From positions 1-64,000 of IMG/VR virus record IMGVR_UViG_3300021406_000010: DNA of 64,000 nt, one strand, 5' to 3'. The notes under the pieces are model-generated. The model made no database searches, was not told the origin of the DNA, and worked only from the letters and a program-made list of their open reading frames with translations. Below are positions 39,020 to 48,813 of the stretch, piece after piece; within the stretch, counting starts at the first letter, position 1; every line of letters starts with the position of its first letter. This DNA is from a virus. Both the position numbers and the translations under genes were made by a program.

Positions 39020-39289
39020 ATGATCATCGACGGCCTGACCGCCCGCGAGGCGAGGGCGCTGGCAATCCTGGACGAGCAGCACGGCCCGGTCACGGTGGAC
39101 GCCCTGCACGCGGCGATGACGCGGAACGCCACATGGCTCACCCTGGGGGCCGTGAGGATGACGGGGGAAATCCTCGCGGGGCAGCAGCTGGCCGCCCGGC
39201 GGGCCGACAGGCGGTACGTGATAACCGAGGCAGGGCGCGAGTGGGTGAGGCGGAACCGCAGCGCCCTGGACGAGATCACCCGGTCATGA
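39020..39289 (+). CDS. Putative winged-helix DNA-binding protein
   Basis: LTAREARALAIL...YVITEAGREW. Confidence 0.5.
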   Translation: MIIDGLTAREARALAILDEQHGPVTVDALHAAMTRNATWLTLGAVRMTGEILAGQQLAARRADRRYVITEAGREWVRRNRSALDEITRS

Positions 39290-39904
39290 GTGAATTCCTG
39301 CACCACGTCTCCAGCCAAGACAGGATCGAGTTCAAGGAACTTCCGGGCGGCATGGTCAGGATCTTCATCCTCGGCCCGAGGGGCGGCGTGCGGGCGAACA
39401 TCACCGTGCGCCGGAGCAGCCTGGAGACCCTGGCCATCCGGATACTGGCGAAGAAGGAGAACCGGGGCGAATGAGCGAGACTGAGTCGCTGACCGATGAG
39501 CAGCTGGACTGGCTGGAGCGCCGGTACACCCCGGCGGAGGACCAGAAGTGCGTCGTATGCGGGGCGCCCCTGCGGTTCTCCCATTCCGAGTCAGGGGAGA
39601 AAGCGGTGTACAACTGCTCCAGCGACGCCGTAAGCCCGCTGCGCAGCACCCTGCCGTTGCGGGAGCGGATCGAGCATTACCGGCGCAGCGCCTGGTACGA
39701 CCAGGGAGAGGCCAGCGTCGTGGTGGTGGCCGTCCGGGAGCTGCGGCAGTGGCGCGAGCACGCTAAAGGGCGCGAGAAGGCGGCGGTCCGCGACGAACTG
39801 GACGACATCGCCGCCGACATCGCCCTCCGCATGAAGAACGCGGCACGCGCCGACGCGCTAGCCATCGTTGCCGCGTTCAGGCAGCGGAACGAGGCCCGGT
39901 AGCC

Positions 39905-40360
39905 ATGGCCGAGCAGGTGCTGACGGGCAACGCCGGCGGCGAGCGGCGCTGGGCATTCATGGAGGGCCTGGACATCGGGGCGGACGGCGACCCGTACCTG
40001 GACCGGCTGCGCATCGTGCAGACGCCATGGGCGAGCCTCTACCTGCACCACATCCACCGGCCCGACCGGGACCACGACCCGCATGACCACCCGTGGGCGT
40101 TCATCTCGCTGGTGCTGGCGGGCGGCTACACCGAGCTGGCGTGGCGGGACAAGGAGCGTCCCTCCTCATTCCGGACCCGCGAGCGAAGGCGCTGGTCGGT
40201 CGCTCGCACCCGGCGGTCCTCGGCGCACGTCATCACCGGCATCGAGGGACCGCTGTGGACGCTCGTCATCACCGGCCCGAGGCGCGCGGAATGGGGATTC
40301 TGGAGGCTCGGGGAGTTCATTCCATGGCGCGAGTACACCAGCCGGGCCGAGGACTCATGA
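39905..40360 (+). CDS. Cupin-fold protein (HDHPW family)
   Basis: YLHHIHRPD...PHDHPWAFISLVLAGGYTE...WTLVITGP...WGFW. Confidence 0.8.
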   Translation: MAEQVLTGNAGGERRWAFMEGLDIGADGDPYLDRLRIVQTPWASLYLHHIHRPDRDHDPHDHPWAFISLVLAGGYTELAWRDKERPSSFRTRERRRWSVARTRRSSAHVITGIEGPLWTLVITGPRRAEWGFWRLGEFIPWREYTSRAEDS

Positions 40361-40499
40361 GCATCCCCTCGAATTCCTGCGAGGACAACGGGTGCCCGGC
40401 CTGCGGGTCCGACGACTACAGCACGGAGCCAGGGGACGACGGCACCCCAGACTACGAAAACGGCCTGAAGACCTGCGATGAGTGCGGGGAGTCCTGGAT

Positions 40500-41525
40500 A
40501 TGACCACCGTCCTGGAGATCTGCGGCGGCGGCGGCGGGATGGCCCTCGGGCTGGAGCAGGCCGGGTTCGAGTGCGCCGCGATCGCGGAGATCGACCATGA
40601 CGCCTGCGACACGCTGCGCGCCAACCGTCCCGGCTGGAAGGTCATCGAGGGCGACGTCCGCGACCTGGACGGGAAGCAGTTCGACGGCATCGACCTGGTC
40701 GCGGGCGGGCCGCCTTGTCAGCCCTTCTCCGTCGGCGGCATGCAACTGGGGGAGGGCGACGAGCGGGACCTCTTCCCCGAGGCGCTGCGAATCGTCGGGG
40801 AAGCCCGGCCGCGCATGGTGATGCTGGAGAACGTCAAGGGCCTTTCCCAGAAGAGGTTCCTCGGTTACCGGGCCCAGGTCATCAAGAGCCTCTGCAAGAT
40901 GGGATACCGGAGCATCCGGTGGCGGGTAGTTAATGCCAGCTCGTGGGGGGTTCCCCAGCTCCGGCCACGGATGGTCCTCATCGCCGGGCGTAATCCCTCC
41001 TCCCTTTCCCTCGCCGGCGTCGGTGCTGACGGATCGCTGATCACTGACCTGCACGCAAGGGTGCCGTGGGCGCTCAGCATGCCTGGCGCGTCGTCCATGG
41101 CACCGTCCGTTGGCACGACCCTGCATGACCTCATGGCGTCCCGGGGCTGGCCCGGCGCATATGACTGGGCGATCAAGGCCAATGACATCGCCCCGACGAT
41201 CGTCGGGGGAAGCAAGAAGCACGGCGGCGCCGACCTCGGCCCGACCCGGGCGAAGGAGGCATGGCGGCGACTGAGGGTCGATGGCATGGGAATAGCCGAT
41301 GAGGCCCCCGGGCCGGACTTCCCCGTGGACGGGCTGCCAAGGCTCACCCTGCGGATGGTGGCACGGCTCCAGGGCTTCCCCGATGACTGGCTGTTCTCCG
41401 GCCGCAAGACGTCGGCCTACCGGCAGCTCGGCAACGCGTTCCCCCCGCCAGTCGCCAGGGCCTTCGGCGAGTCGATGGCGGCGGCGCTGCGGGGCAATCC
41501 GGCTTGCCCCGGGTTATGCTCGTAA
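40500..41525 (+). CDS. DNA (cytosine-5) methyltransferase, M.NaeI/M.NgoMIV-like
   Basis: GGPPCQPFS, ENV, PQLRPR, RLQGFPD, QLGNA; TRD segment GGSKKHGGADLGPTRA. Confidence 0.9.
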   Translation: MTTVLEICGGGGGMALGLEQAGFECAAIAEIDHDACDTLRANRPGWKVIEGDVRDLDGKQFDGIDLVAGGPPCQPFSVGGMQLGEGDERDLFPEALRIVGEARPRMVMLENVKGLSQKRFLGYRAQVIKSLCKMGYRSIRWRVVNASSWGVPQLRPRMVLIAGRNPSSLSLAGVGADGSLITDLHARVPWALSMPGASSMAPSVGTTLHDLMASRGWPGAYDWAIKANDIAPTIVGGSKKHGGADLGPTRAKEAWRRLRVDGMGIADEAPGPDFPVDGLPRLTLRMVARLQGFPDDWLFSGRKTSAYRQLGNAFPPPVARAFGESMAAALRGNPACPGLCS

Positions 41526-41587
41526 GTGCCGCCGACCCCCCGTAGGCGGCACAGGGCGGCGATGCCCCCGTCTCGCCGGCCCGTCAA

Positions 41588-41622
41588 GGCGGCTCTTCGG
41601 CACCAGCAACCGAAGGGCCGCC
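41588..41622. terminator. Hairpin between convergent transcription units
   Basis: ggcggctcttcgg / ccgaagggccgcc 13-bp stem. Confidence 0.6.
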
Positions 41623-41629
41623 GCCCTTT

Positions 41630-42610
41630 TCAGAGGGCGAGCAGCGGGGCCGCCTCGGCCAGCTCCCCGGCGCCAGCAGCGGCGCCGCCGCCTCCCATGC
41701 CGGGCAGCAGCGACCGGAGGCCCTGCCCCTCGAGCATGTGCGAGGCGGCACCGCCGCCGTGGTCGCCCCCTTGCGGCGCGGCCGGGCCAGGGCCGGCCGG
41801 GGTGTCGGAGATGACCTGGGACGACAAGTCCGTGGCGGCGGTCAGGTAGCGGCCCACCACGGCGCGGGCGATCCGCCCGCACTCCGGCTCCGGCAGCCCG
41901 GGGTTGGACCGGGAGATCATGGCCTCCACCCGGATGACCTCCCGCAGCACCGGGTCGGCGGAGGCCTGGCGGGGCGGCAGCGGCCCCTCCCCCGAGCCGG
42001 CGGGGAGGGTGGGCGCCATGCCGCCCATCTCAGGCGACGGGACGCCGGTTTCCAGCGACCCCGGTCCCGTCCCGGTTTCCGGCGGGGTGAAGGCGGGCAT
42101 CATCGCCGACTCGGGCATGGCGTCGGCCTGGCGGCGCAGCGACCCGGTGGCCTGGGTCACCGGTCCCGCGTACGGCGGCCGGGGCCTGGTGACATCCGGG
42201 GAAGGGCCGCCGGGGGCGCCCTGCGGCACCTCGGCGTAGGAGCCGGAGAAGTCCGGCCCCTCGTCGTGCTCGTCAGGCTTGGCGGGGCCGGACCCGTAAC
42301 CGGACCCGTTGCTGGCCAGCCCCGCCACCTCCTCCGCCGGGTCCTGCCCCTCGGCGAGGGCCTCGCGGCACAGCTCATAGCGGCGCCGGGCGGTGGCCAT
42401 CAGGTCTTCGGGATCGAGATCGCAAGCGTGCGCGATGGCGGCGATGGAGCCCTGCGCGAGGGCGCTGCGGTGCGCGTACTCCTGCGGGGAGCGGGCGGCC
42501 AGCAGGAACGGCATCACCGTCTCCAGGTGCGCGTCGGCCAGGTCGAGGGCCGCCTGCCGCCGCCCGAGGTCGTGCTCGGCCCAGCTGCCGTCCCACAGGT
42601 CGTCGCTCAC
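41630..42610 (-). CDS. Putative head/core protein, low complexity
   Basis: 326 aa; shares GSGxGSGPxKPDEH...SYAEVP segment with 44364 gene. Confidence 0.7.
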   Translation of the reverse strand: MSDDLWDGSWAEHDLGRRQAALDLADAHLETVMPFLLAARSPQEYAHRSALAQGSIAAIAHACDLDPEDLMATARRRYELCREALAEGQDPAEEVAGLASNGSGYGSGPAKPDEHDEGPDFSGSYAEVPQGAPGGPSPDVTRPRPPYAGPVTQATGSLRRQADAMPESAMMPAFTPPETGTGPGSLETGVPSPEMGGMAPTLPAGSGEGPLPPRQASADPVLREVIRVEAMISRSNPGLPEPECGRIARAVVGRYLTAATDLSSQVISDTPAGPGPAAPQGGDHGGGAASHMLEGQGLRSLLPGMGGGGAAAGAGELAEAAPLLAL

Positions 42611-44367
42611 TGCGCCCCTCCTGCCATCGCCCGTGCCCCGTGCTGGACGCGGGCCCGGAATGCCGCCAGCCGCTGGCTGGCCACCCGGTCGGTGCCCCGG
42701 TCGCCCTCATACGCGGGCTTGTTAGAGTACCCGGGCTGATTGGCGGAGTTGGGGGCGACGGGGGCCAGGGTGGCGTTCTCCGGGTGCGCCCCGGAGAAGG
42801 TCTGGGTGAACGGGCCGTCCGGCTGCTCTGGGCGCTGCGGCTTCCCCATCACGTCATCGGGGACCACCGGCCCGCCGGACAGCGGCGGGGCACCCTGGTA
42901 GGGCGGCGCCCCGCCGGGGGCAGCCGCCTCGGTGAGGCCGCCCATCGGGGGTTGGGTGCCAGGGCCGTTCAGGGGGGTGGCGCCCATGGGGTCCGGGGAG
43001 GTTCCCGGACCGTCGGTGATCAGGTCGGTGGAGGTGGCCGCCTGGCGCTGGACGTACGCCCCGGTGGCCTGGATTCCGGCCCTGCGGGCGTGCTTGCGGG
43101 TGAACGAGACGTGCCGCTCGATCCGGTGCGCCAGGTCTGGGTGGGTGCCCATCGCGTGCGCTGCCAGCCACTCCTGCTGGGCACCCGGGGCGTCGGTGAT
43201 GCCGGAGTACAGGCCCGCCTCGAACCGGGCGCTGCCCTGGGACACGAGCCGCTGCCCGGGTTGCCACCGGGTGGCGAACAGGTACCCCTTGCGGAAGTCC
43301 GGGTCATCGAAGAGGGCGTCGGGGGCGAACGTGGCCGACGCGCGGCGCAGCGACGCGGTCCTCGACGCCTTCGACACCTGGAAGGCCCGCTGCGCCTCCT
43401 GGGCGTTCGCCGCCTGGCCGGAGTCACCTCCCAGGGAGCGGGGCGCGTCCATGGGGCCGGCCGGGGCCTGGGCGCCCGCGTACCCCTCGGAGTAGCCCTT
43501 CACGTAGGGGGAGACCCCAGGGGAGGAGTCGGCGAACGCCGGCCGCTCGCCTGATGCCCGGTCGGCGCGGCCGGCCTTCTCGCCCGCCGCGTAGTCCGCG
43601 CCGCCCGGCTGGTCCGGGGGGGTGGTCTGCGGCGAGTTGTACGGGGGGTGCAGGTCGTCGGTGGTGGAGCGCGGCTGGGACCATGCGTCGGCAGTGTGCA
43701 GCGCCGCCGTGGTGCCGCGCTGCTCGGCGTACAGCAGCGTGCCGGGCGCGGTGTGCATCTTGCGGCCCTCGGCGTAGGCGGCGAGGTACTCGCCGTGCAG
43801 GTCGCGACGGCCGGTGGACTTCTCGTACTCGTCGGCCGTCATGGGGGCGCGGCCCACCATGCCGTGCATCAGCCCGGCCGTCCCGTTCCAGCCGCTCAGG
43901 TAGCGGCCGTGCTGGATCTTGGAGTGCCCGAAGTCCTCCTGGTGGCGGGGCTTGCGGCCGTCGAGGGCGTCGGCGTGGCCCATCATCCGGGCGCCCTGCG
44001 GCGGCAGGTCGGACTTTGCTCCCTGGCGCGCCTTGGGGCGCGGCCCGGCGGGGCTGGTCACCCACTGCTCCCCGAGGGAGTCCCCGAGGGGGAAGGCGAC
44101 CCCCTCGGGGAGCTGGTCGTCCTCCGGGGACGGGACGTTATCCGGGTCGGTCACCTGCTGCACCTGGTCCAGGCCGGAGGCGGCAGTATGAGCGTTGCCC
44201 CCGTTAGCAGGAGCCTTGTCCTCGGTGCGGTGCTTAATCTCCCCGCAGTATGATGACGGGTCTCGTTTTTCGCTGTTCCGGGCGACGCAGTCCTCGAAGT
44301 CCCGGTACCCCGCGAACGGGGCGCCCTTCCGGAGCGAGGCAGTGAGGCCGTCCTCCACGGCGGTCAC
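42607..44367 (-). CDS. Putative head/core protein
   Basis: GTG 44367 overlapping upstream TGA; PFAGYRDFEDCV..N...YCGEI motif; P/G-rich. Confidence 0.7.
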   Translation of the reverse strand: MTAVEDGLTASLRKGAPFAGYRDFEDCVARNSEKRDPSSYCGEIKHRTEDKAPANGGNAHTAASGLDQVQQVTDPDNVPSPEDDQLPEGVAFPLGDSLGEQWVTSPAGPRPKARQGAKSDLPPQGARMMGHADALDGRKPRHQEDFGHSKIQHGRYLSGWNGTAGLMHGMVGRAPMTADEYEKSTGRRDLHGEYLAAYAEGRKMHTAPGTLLYAEQRGTTAALHTADAWSQPRSTTDDLHPPYNSPQTTPPDQPGGADYAAGEKAGRADRASGERPAFADSSPGVSPYVKGYSEGYAGAQAPAGPMDAPRSLGGDSGQAANAQEAQRAFQVSKASRTASLRRASATFAPDALFDDPDFRKGYLFATRWQPGQRLVSQGSARFEAGLYSGITDAPGAQQEWLAAHAMGTHPDLAHRIERHVSFTRKHARRAGIQATGAYVQRQAATSTDLITDGPGTSPDPMGATPLNGPGTQPPMGGLTEAAAPGGAPPYQGAPPLSGGPVVPDDVMGKPQRPEQPDGPFTQTFSGAHPENATLAPVAPNSANQPGYSNKPAYEGDRGTDRVASQRLAAFRARVQHGARAMAGGAQ

Positions 44368-46292
44368 TTGCCGCCCACGGGCGCTGCCCCGTACTCCCTC
44401 GCCATCTCGCTGAGGTACTGCACTACCTTGACGTGCGGATCGCCGGCGGCGGCGGTCTTGCGGCCAGGGTGCCCGCAGGAGCACGAGCCGCCCGCGCAGC
44501 CGCCGCAGTCGCCGCCGGAGCAGGCCCCGCACCGCTGGGACTCGGCGAGCACCGGGCGGACGATCGCGAGGAAGCCGTGCAGCACGGCGGAGTCCTCGGC
44601 GGTGCGGTCAGAGGATCCCCACCCGGCCGTCACCCGGTTGTGCCAGGCGCCCAGGTCAGCCGGCCCCCGGGAGGCGGTGACGGCCCGCAGTCCCTCGGCG
44701 GCGCCGATCCGCTCGCACCGGGCAGCGCGGCGGGCCTGGTCGTAGTCCATCAGGTAGCCGACCGCGACCGACGCGGTGTGCGACCTGTCCCCGCAGCAGC
44801 CCTCGTCGGGCCAGTGCGCGGATCCGCAGCGCTCATGGAACGGGTGCATCACCTCCCGCTGCATCGCCCACCGGTAGCCGAACGGGTCGGGCAGCGAGTA
44901 GCCGTCGACCGAGGCCACCACCGGGCGGCGGTCCGCCCCGGCGTCCTGCGGCTGCCCCTGGATCGGCGTGGGCGCCGTGGGAGCGGACGGCCCCTGCCCG
45001 GGGGCCGCAGTGGGGATGGTCCCCGGCGGGCCGAGCGGCACCTCGGCGTAGGAATCTGCGGTGTCGAAGGCCGTGGTGTGCTCGTCCGGCTTCTCCGGCC
45101 CCGACCCGAACCCGGATCCCGAGTTCTCCTGCCGGTTGATCAGGCCCAGCATCGGCGCACCGGTGCTGGCGGCCTGCGAGTCGTGGCCGTCGCCCTCCAC
45201 CTGATTGAACGGGTCCTGCTCCTCCCCGAAGGTATCGAACACCTCGGTGGGGTACGGGGTGGCAGACGGGGCGTTGTCGGGGTCAACCGTCTGGTCGACC
45301 TGCGGCAGGCCGGAGGCTCCCTCGCGGGAGGACAGGTAGCCGACGACCGACAGGAACTCGGCCTCGGCGGCAGGCGCCTGGGCGCCGTGCGCGGAGGCCA
45401 GCGACCGGGCGCGGCCCCGGGCCTGCTCGGCCAGCTCCCCGCCGTCGCGGCGGACGGCCGGGTCCAGCGACCGGTACCACGACGACGCCTGGGCGATCAT
45501 GGCCTCCCGGTACCCGGCTCGGGGCTCCTGCCAGTCGGCCAGCCAGTCGGTGGCGGCGGTGTGGTGCTCGTGCAGCGGGACGGGAGTGAGCCGCTGGGCG
45601 GCCAGCCGCGCCCCCAGGTCGGACTCCCGCTCCCCGGCCGCCTGCGCCGCGCGCTGCCGGTCCCAGGAGTCCAGCGCGGCGACGGCCCGCGCGAGGTCCT
45701 GCCCGCTGCCACGGGCGTGGGCGGCTGCGACGGCCTGGGCCAGGGCAGTGCGGTCGGTCATCGGGGTGTCCCTCCGCTTTGGTCTCCTGACCCTTCTGCG
45801 GCCCGTGACGTCACGGGCAGGTAACGGTAACGCGGTGATAACGGCCACGACGAGCCGCAGGTCACGGTGCCGGACCGGCGGGAGCCGCCCGGCCTCCAGG
45901 AAGTCCGTCCACATGCCCGCCACCTCGTCCGCGTCCAGCCCGGCCGCCACCCGCGCCGCCGACCACCCGGCCAGCTTGCCGTGCCAGCGCTGCCTGGTGC
46001 CCTGGTCGGGCCTGCGGACCGGGACGAGGCCCCTCTGGACGGCCATGTCCACCAGGGCGCGGAGCTGGCTGCGGGTGAGGACCGCCCGGCCGCCGGCGCT
46101 GACGAGGCGGCAGGCCACCTCCAGGACGTCCTCCCCCTCCCCGGCGGCGACCCTGCGCGCTGCGGCGTCAGCGGCGGCGCAGGCGGGGTGGAGCTTGGCG
46201 CCGTGCCAGAACATGACGTCCTCGCCCAGCGTGAACTCGAGCTGGCACCCGCCGCAGGTGAGGCCAGCCTCCCAGGCCGTGATCGTGGACAA
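44364..46292 (-). CDS. Putative head/core protein; probable second (or true) start at ATG 45761
   Basis: Open 642 codons; SD GGAGG before both TTG 46292 and ATG 45761. Confidence 0.65.
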   Translation of the reverse strand: MSTITAWEAGLTCGGCQLEFTLGEDVMFWHGAKLHPACAAADAAARRVAAGEGEDVLEVACRLVSAGGRAVLTRSQLRALVDMAVQRGLVPVRRPDQGTRQRWHGKLAGWSAARVAAGLDADEVAGMWTDFLEAGRLPPVRHRDLRLVVAVITALPLPARDVTGRRRVRRPKRRDTPMTDRTALAQAVAAAHARGSGQDLARAVAALDSWDRQRAAQAAGERESDLGARLAAQRLTPVPLHEHHTAATDWLADWQEPRAGYREAMIAQASSWYRSLDPAVRRDGGELAEQARGRARSLASAHGAQAPAAEAEFLSVVGYLSSREGASGLPQVDQTVDPDNAPSATPYPTEVFDTFGEEQDPFNQVEGDGHDSQAASTGAPMLGLINRQENSGSGFGSGPEKPDEHTTAFDTADSYAEVPLGPPGTIPTAAPGQGPSAPTAPTPIQGQPQDAGADRRPVVASVDGYSLPDPFGYRWAMQREVMHPFHERCGSAHWPDEGCCGDRSHTASVAVGYLMDYDQARRAARCERIGAAEGLRAVTASRGPADLGAWHNRVTAGWGSSDRTAEDSAVLHGFLAIVRPVLAESQRCGACSGGDCGGCAGGSCSCGHPGRKTAAAGDPHVKVVQYLSEMAREYGAAPVGGK

Positions 46293-46306
46293 CGCTCCCT
46301 CCCGGA

Positions 46307-46314
46307 CCTTCCGG
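46307..46314 (-). promoter_or_regulatory. CCGGAAGG-N4-GGAGG start-associated motif
   Basis: ccccggaaggtccgggagg before TTG 46292. Confidence 0.55.
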
Positions 46315-46323
46315 GGGGAGGAG

Positions 46324-46566
46324 TCACTGGCCCGGCTGCTCCGGCGGGTAGGCGGCGAGCACGGCCGCCGCGAGCAGTGCGCGGGCCTGCTCCTTCAGCG
46401 CCGACAGCAGCATGGACGCCTCCTGGTGGGAGGATCCCTTCAGGGCGGCCTGCACGTCGGCGATGGCCCTGATGTCCTCGACGTGCCCCCAGATGTTCTC
46501 GCGATGGGGCCAGTCGCGCGGGTCGGGGCCATCGACGACGACCTCCTGCGGCTCGTCAGGAGTCAT
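46324..46566 (-). CDS. Hypothetical protein
   Basis: SD GGAGG, ATG 46566. Confidence 0.5.
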   Translation of the reverse strand: MTPDEPQEVVVDGPDPRDWPHRENIWGHVEDIRAIADVQAALKGSSHQEASMLLSALKEQARALLAAAVLAAYPPEQPGQ

Positions 46567-46750
46567 CGCCGTCGTCCTCCAGCTCAGGCTCGCCACGGTG
46601 TACGCGCGTGCACCGCGCCGCGCCGCGCTCGGACAGGTGATGGCCTCCGCTAGCGCACACCCACATCGTGACCGGCCTGCTCTCTCGCGGCTCGGTCAGC
46701 CACTTGAGCGTGCTCTCCCTGGACTCGGCCAGCCGCCTGATGAGCCCCAT
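46556..46750 (-). CDS. Small hypothetical protein
   Basis: In operon with UDG. Confidence 0.45.
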   Translation of the reverse strand: MGLIRRLAESRESTLKWLTEPRESRPVTMWVCASGGHHLSERGAARCTRVHRGEPELEDDGDDS

Positions 46751-46751
46751 G

Positions 46752-47378
46752 TCATCCCTCCAGGACCGAGCGGAACGCGGCCACCGTCGAGGCGCGCATC
46801 TGCGCCCGCGTGGCGCCGACGGCGTGCAGGATGGCGGACGGGTGGTAGACGGGCAGCAGCAGCCACGGCCCGGCGTCGTCCCGCAGGCGCCCGCGCCACT
46901 CGGGGAGGCTCCCGGGGTCGCCGGTGACGCAGTTCCAGGCGGGCGTCCCGCAGGTGATGACCACCTGCGGCCCGGTCAGGCCGATCTCGGCCAGCACCCG
47001 GCCGCGCGAGGCCTGCACCTGGAACGGGTAGGGGGTGCGGTTGCCGGGCGGGCGCCACGGCAGCACGTTGGTGACGTAGCACTCCCCCCACGGGATTCCC
47101 GCCTCGCCGAGCATCTTCTGCAGCAGCCGGCCGGCGGGTCCCACGAAGGGGGCGCCCGCTTCCTCTTCCTCCTTGCCCGGGGCCTCCCCGACGATGACGA
47201 CGGGGGCGTTCGGCGGCCCGCAGCCGCGCACCAGGCGCTTCCCGTCCGCTGCCTGCCGCAGGACCGGGATGGCCGCGTACCGCTCCCACAGGGCGTCCAT
47301 GGCCTCCTCGCGGGTGGTCACGCACTTCTCCAGGGCGTATTGCTCGTACGGCTCCACGAGCGACTCCCCGCCGTTCAC
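46752..47378 (-). CDS. Uracil-DNA glycosylase (family 4-like)
   Basis: VGEAPGKEE...PFVGPAGRLL...YVTNV..RPPGNRTP...YHPSA. Confidence 0.9.
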   Translation of the reverse strand: MNGGESLVEPYEQYALEKCVTTREEAMDALWERYAAIPVLRQAADGKRLVRGCGPPNAPVVIVGEAPGKEEEEAGAPFVGPAGRLLQKMLGEAGIPWGECYVTNVLPWRPPGNRTPYPFQVQASRGRVLAEIGLTGPQVVITCGTPAWNCVTGDPGSLPEWRGRLRDDAGPWLLLPVYHPSAILHAVGATRAQMRASTVAAFRSVLEG

Positions 47379-47632
47379 GTGCAGTCCAGGCCGCAGCCAT
47401 TGCAGGCGAGGATGGTGCCGTCGTCGTTCCAGGTGGTCGCGAGCGGGTCCCCGGCGGCCGTGCAGGTCCTCGGGGTGCAGGGCCAGTTGCCGGGCTGGAC
47501 CTTACGGCCGCCGTCGGCGTGCCCGGGGAGGTGGCCGATTCCGAACGCCGCGCTCAGCGGCCAGGGCACGTCGCCGAGCCGCACCGGGTTTCCGTCAACG
47601 TGCACGATCTCGTCGGGTGATCGCCGTTCCAT
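47375..47632 (-). CDS. Small Cys-containing hypothetical protein
   Basis: SD GGAGG; C-terminal CNGCGLDCT. Confidence 0.5.
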   Translation of the reverse strand: MERRSPDEIVHVDGNPVRLGDVPWPLSAAFGIGHLPGHADGGRKVQPGNWPCTPRTCTAAGDPLATTWNDDGTILACNGCGLDCT

Positions 47633-47664
47633 GGTGGCCTCCCTGCAGTCATTCCCATGATAAT

Positions 47665-47678
47665 GCAGGGTTGCTTGC
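47665..47678. promoter_or_regulatory. RCAR-N6-YTGY operator-like site
   Basis: gcagggttgcttgc next to a minus-strand TATCAT, upstream of the UDG operon. Confidence 0.55.
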
Positions 47679-48271
47679 TAATGAAACCCGGTCCGGGGAG
47701 CTGTCCACGATGACGGTGCCCCGGACGTCCAGCACGAGCCACCTGTCGGGGATGGCGCAGCCCACGACGCAGTCCGGGCCGTGCTGGTGGCGGTCGTACT
47801 CCCCGCCGATCAGCTCCCAGTCCCGCAGGTCGGCCGCCGTCCGCCACAGCTGCCAGCCGGCCGTCCGGTCGCACTGGACCTGCAGCCCAACCTGCAGCCC
47901 GTAGGGAAGGTCGAACAGCCGCGTGCGGGGGATGCCCGGTGCCGTGACGTGCAGGTCGTGGTAGGAGGGAGGGCCTCCGGGCGGGTAATCCCTCACGGCC
48001 AACGGCCCTCATGACCTCGTCCTTCCAGGCGATCCCGGCGGTGCCCGACCACTGCATCAGGCCGTGCAGGAACCGCATGGCCCCCTCGTCCCAGCGGGAC
48101 TCGTCCCCGGTGACGGACAGGAAGCCGCGCTCGTCCTCGGTCATCACCAGCAGCTCGGTGCCGTCGGCGGCCGGGATGACGATGCGGAACCGGGAAAGTT
48201 GCGGGATGTTGCTCGCGACGATGGCCCCTGGCGGCGCGGTTACCCTGCCTGGCAGCCGGGCGGTCATGTGG

Positions 48272-48532
48272 TCACGGGGGTCCGGCTGCACCGGGGCCTC
48301 CCTTCAGCTGGGCCTCCAGCGGGGCAAACGGGTCATCGGAGGGGACGGCCGACTCCCAGCCGGGATTCGCTGCCTCCCACGCCTCCCGGCGGTCTATGGC
48401 CGCCCGTAGCGTCCTGGGGCAGCACGGGCCAGGGTGCAACTCGGGAAGCGAGCAGTGATGGTCGATGAGGCCGTCCTCGGACTGGGCGAGGCGGCAGGAC
48501 CGCTGCGGGTGCTCGGCGAACTTAGCTGTCAT
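48272..48532 (-). CDS. Hypothetical protein
   Basis: ATGA coupling; HHCSLPELHPGPCC. Confidence 0.5.
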   Translation of the reverse strand: MTAKFAEHPQRSCRLAQSEDGLIDHHCSLPELHPGPCCPRTLRAAIDRREAWEAANPGWESAVPSDDPFAPLEAQLKGGPGAAGPP

Positions 48533-48813
48533 ATGCCCGTCACCACCAGGCGGAATGAGCGCTTCACCATCAGGCCGAGTATCTCGTCCAGCTGCCACCG
48601 GGTGGCGGCCGGGACGTCAAGCGCCAGCGGCGGGAGCGCCCCCGGCAGCGCGGACGCGGCCAGGACCACGCCGCTGAATCCCTCCAGGCAGGGAGTCTCC
48701 TCCACCCGCAGGAACTCCTCGCCCCGGTCGCGCAGGATGCGCTCCGCCTGCTCCCTGAGGCCGGGCGCGCAGAACGCCATCGGCGGCGGGACCGGGTCAT
48801 CGGGGCTGGTCAT
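48529..48813 (-). CDS. Hypothetical protein
   Basis: ATGA overlap with giant ORF stop; SD GGAGG. Confidence 0.5.
   Translation of the reverse strand: MTSPDDPVPPPMAFCAPGLREQAERILRDRGEEFLRVEETPCLEGFSGVVLAASALPGALPPLALDVPAATRWQLDEILGLMVKRSFRLVVTGI

Larger units (their letters stand above)
17598..41525 (+). other. Block of ~60 small, translationally coupled phage genes (early/accessory region)
   Basis: Near-continuous ATGA/GTGA/TGATG overlaps; segmented by repeated promoter motifs and hairpins. Confidence 0.8.

Noticed and set aside
45801-45818. 18-bp perfect palindrome gcccgtgacgtcacgggc
   Set aside because: Single occurrence; a function cannot be supported
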